Below, piece by piece: positions 12,939 to 24,415 of a DNA stretch of 64,000 nucleotides (position 1 is the stretch's first letter; each line of letters begins with the position of its first letter). Source of the DNA: Leptogorgia sarmentosa (taxonomy: Eukaryota); the NCBI GenBank assembly GCA_964658305.1, contig OZ210885.1:14880001-14944000 (forward strand), written 5' to 3'. The notes below the pieces were generated by a model. The model did no database searches. It was not told where the DNA came from and worked only from the letters and a program-made list of their open reading frames with translations. A program made the translations under genes and the position numbers.

Positions 12939-13131
12939 TGTCGGGGAAAAAGGTTGACATTAGGGGTTAAAATTAGAGATGAGGTGACTGCCATATAAGG
13001 AGTTGTTATTGTCTTGTTATTGGGAATATGTATTGACTGTGAGTGATTTGGGAGAGAAAAAATATAATAAAAACAAGATATAACGTGTGATTCTACTCTT
13101 ATTGTGGGGATCGAACCATAAATCTACCACA
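12939..13131 (+). repeat. 3' LTR of BEL/Pao element
   Basis: Direct repeat of 7272-7464, preceded by the PPT. Confidence 0.95.
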
Positions 13132-13930
13132 GTGATCAGACGAGAACCGGTATTTTCCTACTCGTACGGTCGTAGACATTTGTTGATGGAAGTTACACTT
13201 TTTAAACGTGTAACAATAACAAAACCCTGAAGTTGAAATTGAAAGCAAACCTATTTACAAACACACATACAATAAAATGAAGCAAGTCTACAACACAAAG
13301 TATTCCCAGGTGGTCACCCATCCAACTACTAACTGTGCCCACCTAGGGTTAACTTCGGTGATCAGACGAGAACCGGTATTTTCCTACTTGTACGGTCATA
13401 GACATTTGTTGATGGAAGTTACACTTTTTAAACATGTAACAATAACAAAACCCTGAAGTTGAAATTGAAAGGAATGATATTTACAAATAGGCATTAAATA
13501 ACATTTAGCAAAACAACAATACAAAGTATTTCCAGATGTAGCAATAACAAAATCCCTGAAGTTTACATTGAAAGCAAACCTATTTACAAACACACATACA
13601 ATAAAATGAAGCAAGTCTACAACACAAAGTATTCCCAGGTGGTCACCCATCCAAGTACTAACTTTGCCCACCTAGGCTTAACTTCAGTGATCAGACGAGA
13701 ACCGGTACTTTCCTACTGGTATCGTCGTAGACATTTGTTGATGGAAGTTACACTTTTTAAACATGTAACAATAACAAAACCCTGAAGTTGAAATTGAAAG
13801 GAATGATATTTACAAATAGGCATTAAATAACATTTAGCAAAACAACAATACAAAGTATTTCCAGATGTAGCAATAACAAAATCCCTGAAGTTTACATTGA
13901 AAGCAAACCTATTTACAAACACAGATACAA

Positions 13931-15193
13931 AAATAGGTACGCAGAGCGTACATGTGGCTAGCCAGGTAACGCATTTGTGGCAGAATGTTTATTAAGCAAA
14001 ACAAGACAAGCAGTTGCCGTTATTTACAGTTCTTACAATACCTACAAAGCAATTACTGGATCTAAATAGTAGAAAATTACTGACTGCCAGTTCATTGATT
14101 CACTTATTTCACACTATAGAAATTCCACTCACTAATGGTAACATCTAACAATTTAGTCATCTATTGCTGTAATGTCAGGTCATTGACCTTTGTAGAATTC
14201 CTCCTGTTAAATGCATTTTATAAAATTAATCTTGAGTTTAATATACTTGGTGGCATTTCAATCCATTAATATTTTGAGGCTTCAGTAAGAACATTTGATT
14301 TTATGATAAGTATTTAATGGCACAAATCATTACAAGCAAGGGAATTGTTTTGTTTGACAACTTGCATTGGCGTCGTTTAATGCTGCATTTATTCCTATGA
14401 TTAAAGGCCCGTTTACACTTGCAACTTTCACTGAGATTTTCTCCTTTTGATGGATGTGAATGAGTGGATTAATAACGAATGTGCTGAGTGCATTTTTCTT
14501 CACCATAACATTTATAACTAGTTTACTCGTTCACATCCATCAAAAGGAGAAAGTCGCACTGGAAATCGCAGCAAAAGTTGCAAGTGTAAACGGGCCTTAA
14601 TTCAAACTAAGAAACTAAAATATCAATATGCATAAAATGAATGTGGTTCTGTCAACTGCAATAACATTGTTAAGGTTTAATACAAAATTTTTAGTTAATC
14701 TGAAATTAACCAGGCAAGTTGCCACTCTGGCTAGCGCAAAGGCAATACATTTGACCCGTACAATAGCAAATTGAATCTTAATTGTATACCCAAGGCAAGT
14801 TTAAGTCCACGGCAAGGTTAAGTCCATTAGGTCACATGTTACATATGTGGTCCGCAAGCGCTCGCATTTAAATGCAAAATTATACTAAAAAGGACTACGA
14901 AACAAATAATACGTTACCTTAATACTTTCTAATAAAAGTAGACAATCTTCCTCACGGATTGCCCAAATTTGTTAGATTTATTATGCAAAATATGTTAAAC
15001 CTTCCTCAAAATATGCACATGTATTGTGCGATGAGTAGCCGACGATTCATAGTCGATGTCATTGTCAATAACAAAAGATCGCCATATTATCGGACGTGCT
15101 TCGGACTTCCGTTATTGCACGATGTCTTACAGACACACACACATCGCGTGAATGGATATGATAGTGGCTAGCCTGCGAACAGGCTAGCCACAA
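13931..15193 (-). mobile_element. Non-autonomous Helentron (HINE/DINE-1-like) inserted in a 5S spacer
   Basis: Minus-strand 5' end: TT then the hairpin GTGGCTAGCCTG-TTCG-CAGGCTAGCCAC (15164-15191). 3' end: sub-TIR GGCTAGCCAC (13954-13963), then the GTACGC-TCT-GCGTAC stem-loop (13937-13951) and CTATTTTT. Inserted at a TT with no longer TSD. Confidence 0.75.
14405..14597. mobile_element. PIF/Harbinger-type MITE
   Basis: TIRs AGGCCCGTTTACACTTGCAACTTT / AAAGTTGCAAGTGTAAACGGGCCT, further internal inverted symmetry, TAA duplication on both sides. Confidence 0.85.
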
Positions 15194-15918
15194 TAAAATG
15201 AAGCAAGTCTACAACACAAAGTATTCCCAGGTGGTCACCCATCCAAGTACTAACTCTGGCCACCTAGGCTTAACTTCGGTGATCAGACGAGAACTGGTAT
15301 TTTCTTACTGGTATGGTGGTAGACATTTGTTGATGGAAGTTACACTTTTTAAACGTGTAACAATAACAAAACCCTGAAGTTGAAATTGAAAGGAATTATA
15401 TTTACAAATAGGCATTAAATAAAATTTAGCAAAACAACGATACAAAGCATTTCCAGATGTAGCAATAACAAAATCCCTGAAGTTTACATTGAAAGCAAAC
15501 CTATTTACAAACACACATACAATAAAATGAAGCAAGTCTACAACACAAAGTATTCCCAGGTGGTCACCCATCCAAGTACTAACTTTGCCCACCTAGGGTT
15601 AACTTCGGTGATCAGACGAGAACCGGTATTTTCCTACTGGTATGGTCATAGACATTTGTTGTATGGGAACAATTTTCAGGCCAGAATCACTTAGTAGTTT
15701 AACACCTATGACAATGGGCGAACACACATTAACAGAAGTGATTATTCTTATTTATATGTTTCAGAATTTAAAAAGTACCATGTTACAACGTTTGAAAGTT
15801 CATGGGCTTTGGAAGTAATGCAAACTAATTGTCTCGTACAATACAGTTCTTCTACCTATAAATTTGTTAACAAAACAGGAACATGCAAGTCAATAATAAT
15901 GCAATGCCAAGGCAATAA

Positions 15919-16390
15919 CTATGCAATGTCAAGTACCCATGCTTGATCTTCCCTCATCATGCTGGTGAACTCAGAAGCAAGATCTGTGAAGCACTTGTAT
16001 GTAGTAGGAAGCTCTAACATAGGTCCGCAGGTGTGTACAACTGGTCTTCGTTGGAAACCAGACAGAGAAGTGAAGGTTACTTCAATTTCTTTGCATGACA
16101 AGACATCACTCCCAGAAATAAAATGTAAAAATCTTTCCAGGGCTCTTCCTTCTAAGGATTTCACATATCTTTTCACATGGTCTAAGCTTTGTTTTCAACA
16201 TCACTTGAAATGTTGGCTTTAAAGAGCTTGTTGACCTTTTTTGCTGTAGGACGCTTTGTGTCGTAAAGATGCGCAACTCCAGCTGGTGTTTAAAAGGTGG
16301 AACCTGAACCACTTTGAAGAGATTTTAGGATTGGGGCAGTGATGTAACACAGCTTTTGTATCAATTCCTGGTGTGCAAGCTCGTCAATTA
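15919..16390 (-). pseudogene. HECT E3 ubiquitin ligase C-lobe fragment (G2E3-like), frameshifted and 5'-truncated
   Basis: LERFLHFISGS...RRPVVHTCGPMLELPTTY matches the HECT catalytic HTC motif. The upstream part is broken across frames. Confidence 0.75.
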
Positions 16391-19371
16391 GAGACTCTAA
16401 AGGTAATATGAACCTTTAAATGATACTGTTATATCTCACTTAGCCCTCCTGTTTCAACGCAACGTTTTACAAAACTTTCAGAGACACACTACCAAAACTT
16501 TTTATTTTGTTTCCTTATATACAAGTTACACACCAAAATTTCACACCATAATTACAATAATAATACAATATATACATACATAATTACTCTTAATAGCACG
16601 CAACAATACACTTTGCCTTTGTCGTGCTTTGCGAGAGGTTGTGGGTTTTAAACTTATAAGTAACTATATGCGCAACCATTTATACAATATGTATGAATTT
16701 TCTTGCGTGCCTCTGTATAGGATGACAAACAATACTGAACTTGCGCGACATGCTGTATCGAAGAACCACGTTCGCAACGTTCACAAATCATTGTTCGCCT
16801 TTGTTTTGTTTAACCTTGCTGAATATGCCAAATGCGCGGAGTTTTATTTCACGCATTTAAAACGTTTTCAAAAATATTAGGGAGAATAATATCGGTTCGC
16901 CACCCCCCCCTGAACGGCTAAATGTTTAAAATAATAATTATGCATGGCTCCGGCTCCGTTGTATCGCTGTATCTCGTTTTAGTAGTCGCCAACGACCACT
17001 TGTAAATTCCATTACATTCTCAGCAACAAGACTGTCAAAATTGCTGCGAAATCTTTGGAATCTGACCTGACTGTGTGTTTTCCAGACTTTTTCATCTTCT
17101 TAATGCATTTGTCAAAATTGTCTAGCATTTCCATATTAACAAACTGGAACTTACAAATTCTTGTAACTGCTTTCTCTGTCAGATTTCTACCAAGCTTTTT
17201 CACTTGCTCTTTCAAGGTTTTATTATCATGCTCAAGATCAAGGTCTAATGGGACATTCACTGTTTTGCCTTTCACAGACCGATTCCACATCAATCTGTAT
17301 GCCTGACGTGGTGTCAATAGACAATTAACTTGAAGTGTGTAATACAATGCCTCTAATGCATACTTGGTACTTCCAGAGTCATTCTTGAAGTGGAGTAGAA
17401 ACATTTTCCAACACCTCAAATTTCTGTCTCCATCTCCTTCAGCTATTGTATCAAGAAATTCAGTAAATAATAGGCCATAATGAATCAAACAACAGCTATA
17501 ATTGTATAAATCATCTTTCTCACTAGGTTGAGGCGATGGCATGTCAGCATTATCATTGAAAATGACTTCTAGAACAACAGGTGGAGGGTCATGTTTTTGT
17601 TCATGGTTTCGCCTCCTCTTTCCATCATGTTTAAAAGTTGAAGAACATCCTGGGGATCTGCATTTGTATCTGCCATCTGGGGTAATTTGTTGTTTTGCAT
17701 CGATTTTCTGGATTTCTTCTTCATCAAGGACTGCATTTATAATTTCAGATGCTTTCGAGTCTGCACATACAAAAGTATCTACAATGGCTTTTGCCACTTT
17801 GAACAAATACACTTTCCAGGGATACTATAACTGCTTTTTTCTTCAATGGACTGTGGGATCTTAAATGTCACAGGTGTGGAATCAATAGATGGCATTCCAA
17901 GGATCTTCAATGCTCTGCAACAACTCTTGCTTCAAATTCTAGGATGAAAAAATCCCTGCACTGGGTATACGCTTCATGCACATCAGCTTTCACATTTCTT
18001 CTGTTTATACGGTTGCGATCATTATACATGGTACACGGTTCTCCAGATGATTTAGGTGTATATAGTTTTTTAAAGATATTCTATAACAAATTAAATGTTA
18101 GTACAGTCATTACACTCAGCAAAAGTGCCCCTGTAATAAAAGAATGAATCTGAATAATATATATAAAAATATTATTTATTAATATTTCACTCACTCAAAA
18201 ATTTAACACCAGAATGCCAGTCAGCTATACCAATATGGAAACCATCAAGACAATCCAAAGGTGTGTATCCATTGGCCATTGACTTGACAGCATTGACAGC
18301 TCTCTCTATCGTAAGTTGACCTCCCACAATTCCTTGTTCAGCAAGCTGTAGTTTTTCACCTTCACCAACTGATGGAAGATATTGCTGGACATGCTGTAAA
18401 ACTTTGACAATTCCATCATTAGAAACTTCTGACTCAAAAATAATACCCATGTGCATCTAAAATAAAACATGACAACAAACAATAAATTTTGAATGAAATC
18501 CCAGGTAGTATCTGATTGTAATAGACTTGATGTCATGCTGATATATCCCTATACAATTTCCAAAAAAATTATGATGCTTAAAATTTTTTGTATTTTTTTA
18601 TGAAAGCTATAGTTTTTAAAAGTTATGCACCTATCAATGTAAATCCCGAGGGGGGGGGGGGGGGAGGCCGGGAAAGTATAGGGGATTTTACAGCAAGAAC
18701 TCTCCCCTCCCTGGGAAATTTGACGAAGCACTTATCCCGGGTCTCGAGCGGTTTGACATTGGACAGCCTGTTTGCTGGTTAAAATGGCTAAGCACGTGTA
18801 AAACTTGGAGATCAAATACAACGGTTAATCGTTTTAAAGGTAAAGTGTGAACATATTTACTTAATATTTTATTTCATGTGTATTCAGTGTACCAAGATAC
18901 GTGTACTTGTATATATAAAATAGCTTTGTATTGTATGAACCATGCATGCTATTTTATATTAATATGTAAATAGCATGTATTTAATTAAGTCATGAATAAT
19001 TCGTGAGGAAAACATATGCAAGGAATGATCATAACCGCAGTAGCGTCTTTTATATATGCGATAAAGATTCACCTTATTAAGTTTACACAAACTTTAGATT
19101 TTTAATACAAGATTACACAAACCGATTTTCTCGGTTTAGATTTCGTTTATTAATATTTTCTTAATTTCTCATCAGTTCTGTATGACATATTCAATAAATA
19201 AATAAGCTTGATTTGCAATTTTTAATTATATATTGACTACTAATGTTTAATACTCACACACACATACGAGAAAATGTGTCAAATTTTAAAGTATAAAAGC
19301 CTCCCTATAAAGAACTGAATTAATTTTTAATTTTTTCCTTTCGCTACAGTATAGATTGGAAGAAAATAAAA

Positions 19372-21532
19372 ATGCCATTGTTCAAGGTGAATAGCATAAA
19401 AGGCGAGGAGAAATTTTGTGTGTGTGCCAACTCCTTGGCCGAGTTGAAAGATAAAGGTATTTGTTTGATTTATTTTTAGTCATGTGTATAGTATTTGAAA
19501 GGCAATTTGATATTATGTTTGAATTGATTTACTGACAGGAAGTTCCAAGCTTGGCATTCCAAATTCTGAGCATCTTGTAGCAATGCTGGAAGACCAAGCC
19601 ATCATTGATGATGAAGAAGTTTTCTCACAGTTACCTTCAAATACATGCATCTCTCTGATTGTAAAGAAACCCTATGGTACTTGTAACACTGCTTGTGCAT
19701 CACAATTGTCACCTGTACAATTTACAAACAGCCAGCAAAAAAGATTGAGTATTAGTGAAGGAAACCTGGGACTAAGGATGCCACTTGAGTCGGTATGTTA
19801 TTGATACACCTATAATATAAATTCCCTATTACAATTTATATCTGGGGACAGTTGTTCCCTGATTAGTTTAACCCTGGGTTACCTTGAAATTCAAAGCAAA
19901 TTTTCCAACATTTTGTTCATGAATTTATTAAAAATTTTAGAAATCTTGTGTGGATCAATAAAAGTTTTCTTCTTCAAAGTTCAAAGTTTTGAAATTAACA
20001 GGCATGCAGAAAGTCACTTGTAAACCAAAACATTGGGTTAAATTTTAACCCAGGATCAGCCTCAACATAGCTGTGAACAACTGACCCCTGGTTTTGCTTC
20101 ATTTTTATAACAGTAAATGCTTAAATTTAACATTCATTTCTATTTGTTGATTTTGTTTATTGAGTAACTTGTATATTTGAGAATTAATTTAATTTTAGTT
20201 ATGTAGAATACATCTATCTATATATAAGAAATGAGTTTATAAATTATTACACATTTTAATGTACCAATTTAATAATATCTTATTTCAGTAAATGGTTTCA
20301 GAAAATGGTCTATCAGAAAAATTGTTCTGAAGTCTGATTCTAAAATGAACAGGTTATGTTTGGAAAGAATTGGTTAATGTGCCTAAATTATTTTTTAGGA
20401 AATTAATACTATACCAGAGGAAAAGTCAGATTTTTTTGAGAAAGTTAAAATTTACAAGTCTCCCAAAAACGAATATGAAGCAGCTATTAATGATGCAGCT
20501 GTCATACTTGTGAAGAATGATTTTAGTCTGGCTTTTCACAGAGGTATTATGGAGTACTTATATACTCTACACATCATACAGTTCACGTTTTTACTTGTTT
20601 GTGTATTGACAACCAGTGGCATAGGAAGATTGATAATAAGGGGGGCTCCTACTCATATATTCGTGTCCACAGACAATAAAAACAATGGATTTCAACAGAA
20701 ATTAATGATGCAGCATACAAATATATGAATATGAGTTCCCCTTATTATCAATCTTCCTACACCACCGTTGACAATACAATTGAGTATTATGTACAATTTT
20801 TTGTTTTAATTTGCAGGAGATTTGTTCATAAAAGCAAAAGAAATGGTCAGAGAAGGAGGATACAAGTTTAAAAAAGGTTATTCCAGGTCAAAAAGATCTA
20901 GCAACGAAAGTAGCAGTGATGAAGGGGTCACAAAAAGAGCCAAAATAAATAAAGAAGAAAGAGAGAAGGCTATAGAGGATATCCAAGTATTGGTTAAAAG
21001 TCTCGATGATCAGTTGCATGTTAAAAAAGTGCACATAACAAAGGCAAAATCTATAAACGATTTCAAGGGAGCAGACCAGTTGATGGATGACGTAAAAAAA
21101 TTAATGAAAGAGAAAGCTGACTGCAACAAACAACTGTTGGCTTTGAAGAAGAAGTCATCCAAGTCAGAGTGGTATCACAAGAGAAGTCAACGCAGAAGTG
21201 CTACACCTGACAGCCAAGATGGCACTTTTATGCAAAAAAATGGAAACAAAATCGTTAATTTTTTCAAAGGCTCTAAAGATGGTACAAGTGCCTCCACTTC
21301 AAAAGTTGTCAGTTCCTTGCAAACAGAGCTAGCAGAAAAAGACGTCGAAGTCGTAAAGATTGACGAAGGCTGTAAGGAAGATGCAAGTTCTTCAATACCG
21401 TTTATCACAATAGATAACAAGCCTACAACAGAAGAAAAAGGAGAAGACCCCACAACATCCCATGGTCCCCAGAGTGACGATACTCTTCCTTTGTCCGATT
21501 GCGATGCTTCAAGTCCAGATATGCATTTTTAG
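19372..21532 (+). CDS. Spliced ORF1 (exons 19372-19456, 19539-19792, 20399-20543, 20817-21532; 399 aa): CIDE-N-like domain, NAB NCD2-like domain, coiled coil
   Basis: GT-AG joins keep one open frame of 1200 nt. PLFKVNSIKGEEKFCVCANSLAELKDKGSSKLGIP...LEDQAIIDDEEVFSQLPSNT resembles CIDE-N. EAAINDAAVILVKNDFSLAFHRGDLFIKAKEMVREGGYKFKKGYSRSK resembles NCD2. Confidence 0.65.
19845..20087. mobile_element. Intronic MITE (Harbinger-like, CTG TSD)
   Basis: GGGACAGTTGTTC...GAACAACTGACCC inverted ends flanked by CTG on both sides. Confidence 0.55.
20614..20767. mobile_element. Intronic MITE with 8-bp TSD
   Basis: CAGTGGCATAGGAAGATTGATAATAAGGGG / CCCCTTATTATCAATCTTCCTACACCACCG; flanks TTGACAAC and TTGACAAT. 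Confidence 0.7.
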
Positions 21533-23085
21533 ATGTATCCTCTCCCAGTGGGGGAGGGGAGAAAAACTTGGAACTTATTTACATTAAGCAAAGCAAAAAC
21601 AATTTGTCAGATTATATTTCGTTGCAAAACAATATTTATATTTCAAAGTTCGAAGGTCTTACGTTAAGTGAGTATGTAATTGCGAGAACGTCTGTTTGTG
21701 AAAACTCGCACAAACATCGCAGCGACAAATGCTTACACAACTGCGAAGGACTTCTGAAAGTGGCAAATAAAGTGATTGAAGAAGGATTTGTAAAGCTTAA
21801 ACATGCTGCTGAACTGTGCGGTCCGAACGTTAAGTATACATCAGCTCATGCACGTTGAAAGTTACTACAGATGCCTTGTGCAGTGGTTGGGACTGGTAGC
21901 ATACCGGAAGGGACATTTTGTTTGTATTTGGTGGAAAAACAGTGTTCAGCTAATTTGTACGGATTACAATCTCTTATAAATGGGGCATGCATGAAAAAAA
22001 CAGCAAGCAAAGGACTCACTAAAGAGGAAATGAAAATGCTTTTAAATTTGACGGAATCTGAAAGTGAAAGAAATAGATTGAAGTATGCTGTGGTGAAATC
22101 TACTGGCTTGTCAAGCACAAAAGCAAAAGCTATGTACGGATTCGAAGAAATGTCATGCAAGATAAATGATGTGGAGAAAGCAATGGAGGAAGCATGTGCA
22201 ATTAGACAAGCTATCGAAGATATTGCCAGAACTAAGAAAAAGTCTGACACTGAAAGTGAGACTGATTCTGAGAGCACAATATGCAGTTTAGATACGATGA
22301 ATAACAGTCAAGAGGTTGTACCATCCACGGACCAGTTGTCGATCGTAGATTTAACGAATGGTGAGAGCCGTCTTAACAACGTTGGTACTTTAGAAGATGT
22401 TACCTCAGAGTCGGAATCCAGTGATGCTGAAATTTGGGCAATGGGCATTACAAGTGCTTTTGACGAAAGAGGAAAGCTGTTAATTAAAAAAAGAAGGGCT
22501 GCTATACGCCGTAAAACCTTAAGGACTATAAAGAAGAGATTAGCGGAAAAGCGCTTTTTGTGTAGAAGAAGGAGTAAAAGGGTTGGAAAACTTCTTTCTC
22601 AGTTCCCACATATTGGAAGAGATATCGAGAATTTTGTGAAAGAATGTGGCGCTGGGGCGTGGAGAAGAACAGGCGCATTAACATTTGATGGGAATCGTAA
22701 GGTGAAACGAAAAGCAACATTTAAACGTATCCAGGAATATTTGGAAGGAAAGTGTAATTGCAAGATATCGTATGGCACCATTGTACAATTATGTATAGCA
22801 CGTAATAAGAGAAGGAAATCTGCTGCACGGTACAAAGGAGTTGCCAATGTTGTGAGTAAACGTGCAAGAAAAGGATTCAATATACGTTATAATCCGGACA
22901 CACACTGGAGTGCAGCTTTTTACAGAGGACTTGAGGCAATTCAGTACAAAGATGGAAGAAACATTGCTAATTTGGGACGGGATGATCAAGCCGGCTTCAG
23001 GTTAGATACAATGGCGACACACAAACAACATCGCAATCTTTGCGTTAAGGGAATGGAAACTACCACAACAAGAAATGATTACGTA

Positions 23086-23796
23086 ATAAGGACTTATTAA
23101 CCGAGTGCGAGGTCTGTACGGGAAAGTATTGCCTGAGGGTTTTCGTACAGACCGAGCGACGAAGGAGCGAGGTCTGTGTGTTAAAAACCGAAGGCAATAC
23201 TTTCCCGTACAGACCGAGCAAACGAGGTTAATAAGGGATTTATTATATGGCTTTGTTCGATCGCAATTTGTTCTGACATTGTAGAAAGAACTAGAAAACA
23301 CTTACGCTGCTAAAACGTTCAGCCGTATACACTGGCATACTGAATGGCGGTTTCTGGCCGTTCACTGCTGTACAACAACAAAACAATAAAAATACAACAA
23401 AGGAAAAAATTGAATAAAAAATATATAATGTAAATGTTGTGATAAACAACAAATGTTCGACGCGAAATGAAGCCATTTAAGTGCTGTGAAAACAATGTTC
23501 GCAACAGTTTTCGAACTGTTGTTTTGTTCGCCGTTATTTTCACTTTAAAACTCAGCATTTTGGATCGTGTGTTTTTCTGGGACAGCAAAATTCAATCGGG
23601 GAGTGTTCTTCAACGTCACCATACGGCATAATAAGATTTAGTTTCCTTAAAAATTTAATTTGTATAATAGTTTCACGAGCGGGCAAGATGACTTTCCTGA
23701 GCGGGCAAGATGACTTTCCTGAGCGGGCAAGATGATTTTTTCCGGACTGCTAATCAACCAATCAGCGTGCGCCATTTATGTCAGCCATATAATAAA
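23086..23796 (-). mobile_element. Non-autonomous Crypton-like element
   Basis: Bulged terminal hairpin at 23093-23235 with the same architecture as the Crypton end at 32922-33053. Three copies of a 22-bp repeat (GAGCGGGCAAGATGACTTTCCT) and a CCAAT at the other end. No TIR or clear TSD. Confidence 0.6.
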
Positions 23797-24415
23797 TTAT
23801 ATTCTTATTCGCTCTGCTCAACCGAATATAAATTATTTATACATATAATACACACCAGCCTGTAGGAGAGTGTCCACACGACGTGGCTCACATGTCTTTA
23901 TTTCATTTTGATTACAAAAATTGAAATCATGATAATTTAGAGTATAGGAGCTAAGCCATATACAAGCTCAAGTTCTATTATTACTAACATAGTATTGTTT
24001 GTTTTGACAATGTTCTAATTATTTATTTTACAGAGAAGAAAATTAGACATGTAGCGTAGAGGACGTTGGACGCAGATGACTATTTCTCTATGCTCTACAT
24101 TATATAGGACATCTGACAACTCATGCATGCCTAATATATTCACGTGACTACACGCTTATTGTGCAAACTATAATAAATGCATTTATATTCTTATTCGCTC
24201 TGCTCAACCGAATATAAATTATTTATACATATAATACACACCAGCCTGTAGGAGAGTGTCCACACGACGTGATCTCCGAATTTAATAGAACGGGTTGAAT
24301 GACAGGAAGAAGCAGTGAACAAACAAAAAAAAAAGTCACATGATCTATACGCTCCTATAAGGCATGAAATAAAGCAGAACAATTAAATAAATAATGGATA
24401 TAAGTTAGTCACTTA

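Larger units (their letters stand above)
7272..13131 (+). mobile_element. Full-length BEL/Pao LTR retrotransposon inserted into a 5S gene
   Basis: 193-bp TG...CA LTRs at 7272-7464 and 12939-13131 that look identical. GTGA target duplication at 7268-7271 and 13132-13135. Polypurine tract AGGGGGAG just before the 3' LTR. The 5S sequence resumes exactly after the element. Confidence 0.96.
13132..15660 (-). rRNA. 5S rRNA: Continuation and end of the 5S array: rest of the split copy 13132-13177; copies at 13284-13403, 13613-13732, 15205-15324, 15534-15653
   Basis: Same unit sequence and spacers. The array stops abruptly at about 15660. Confidence 0.92.

Noticed and set aside
19..15592. Repeated 95-aa and 61-aa ORFs (MGNVSTWMGDHL..., MKQVYNTKYSQ...)
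   Set aside because: Chance translations of the 5S gene and spacer; they recur only because the unit repeats.
16390..17010. Short palindrome TAAAGGT...ACCTTTA and a possible terminus near 16920
   Set aside because: No partner end or TSD could be identified; left unannotated.
20289..20353. Possible extra exon in the CIDE-N/NCD2 gene
   Set aside because: Including it introduces stops or breaks the frame; skipping it keeps the ORF open.
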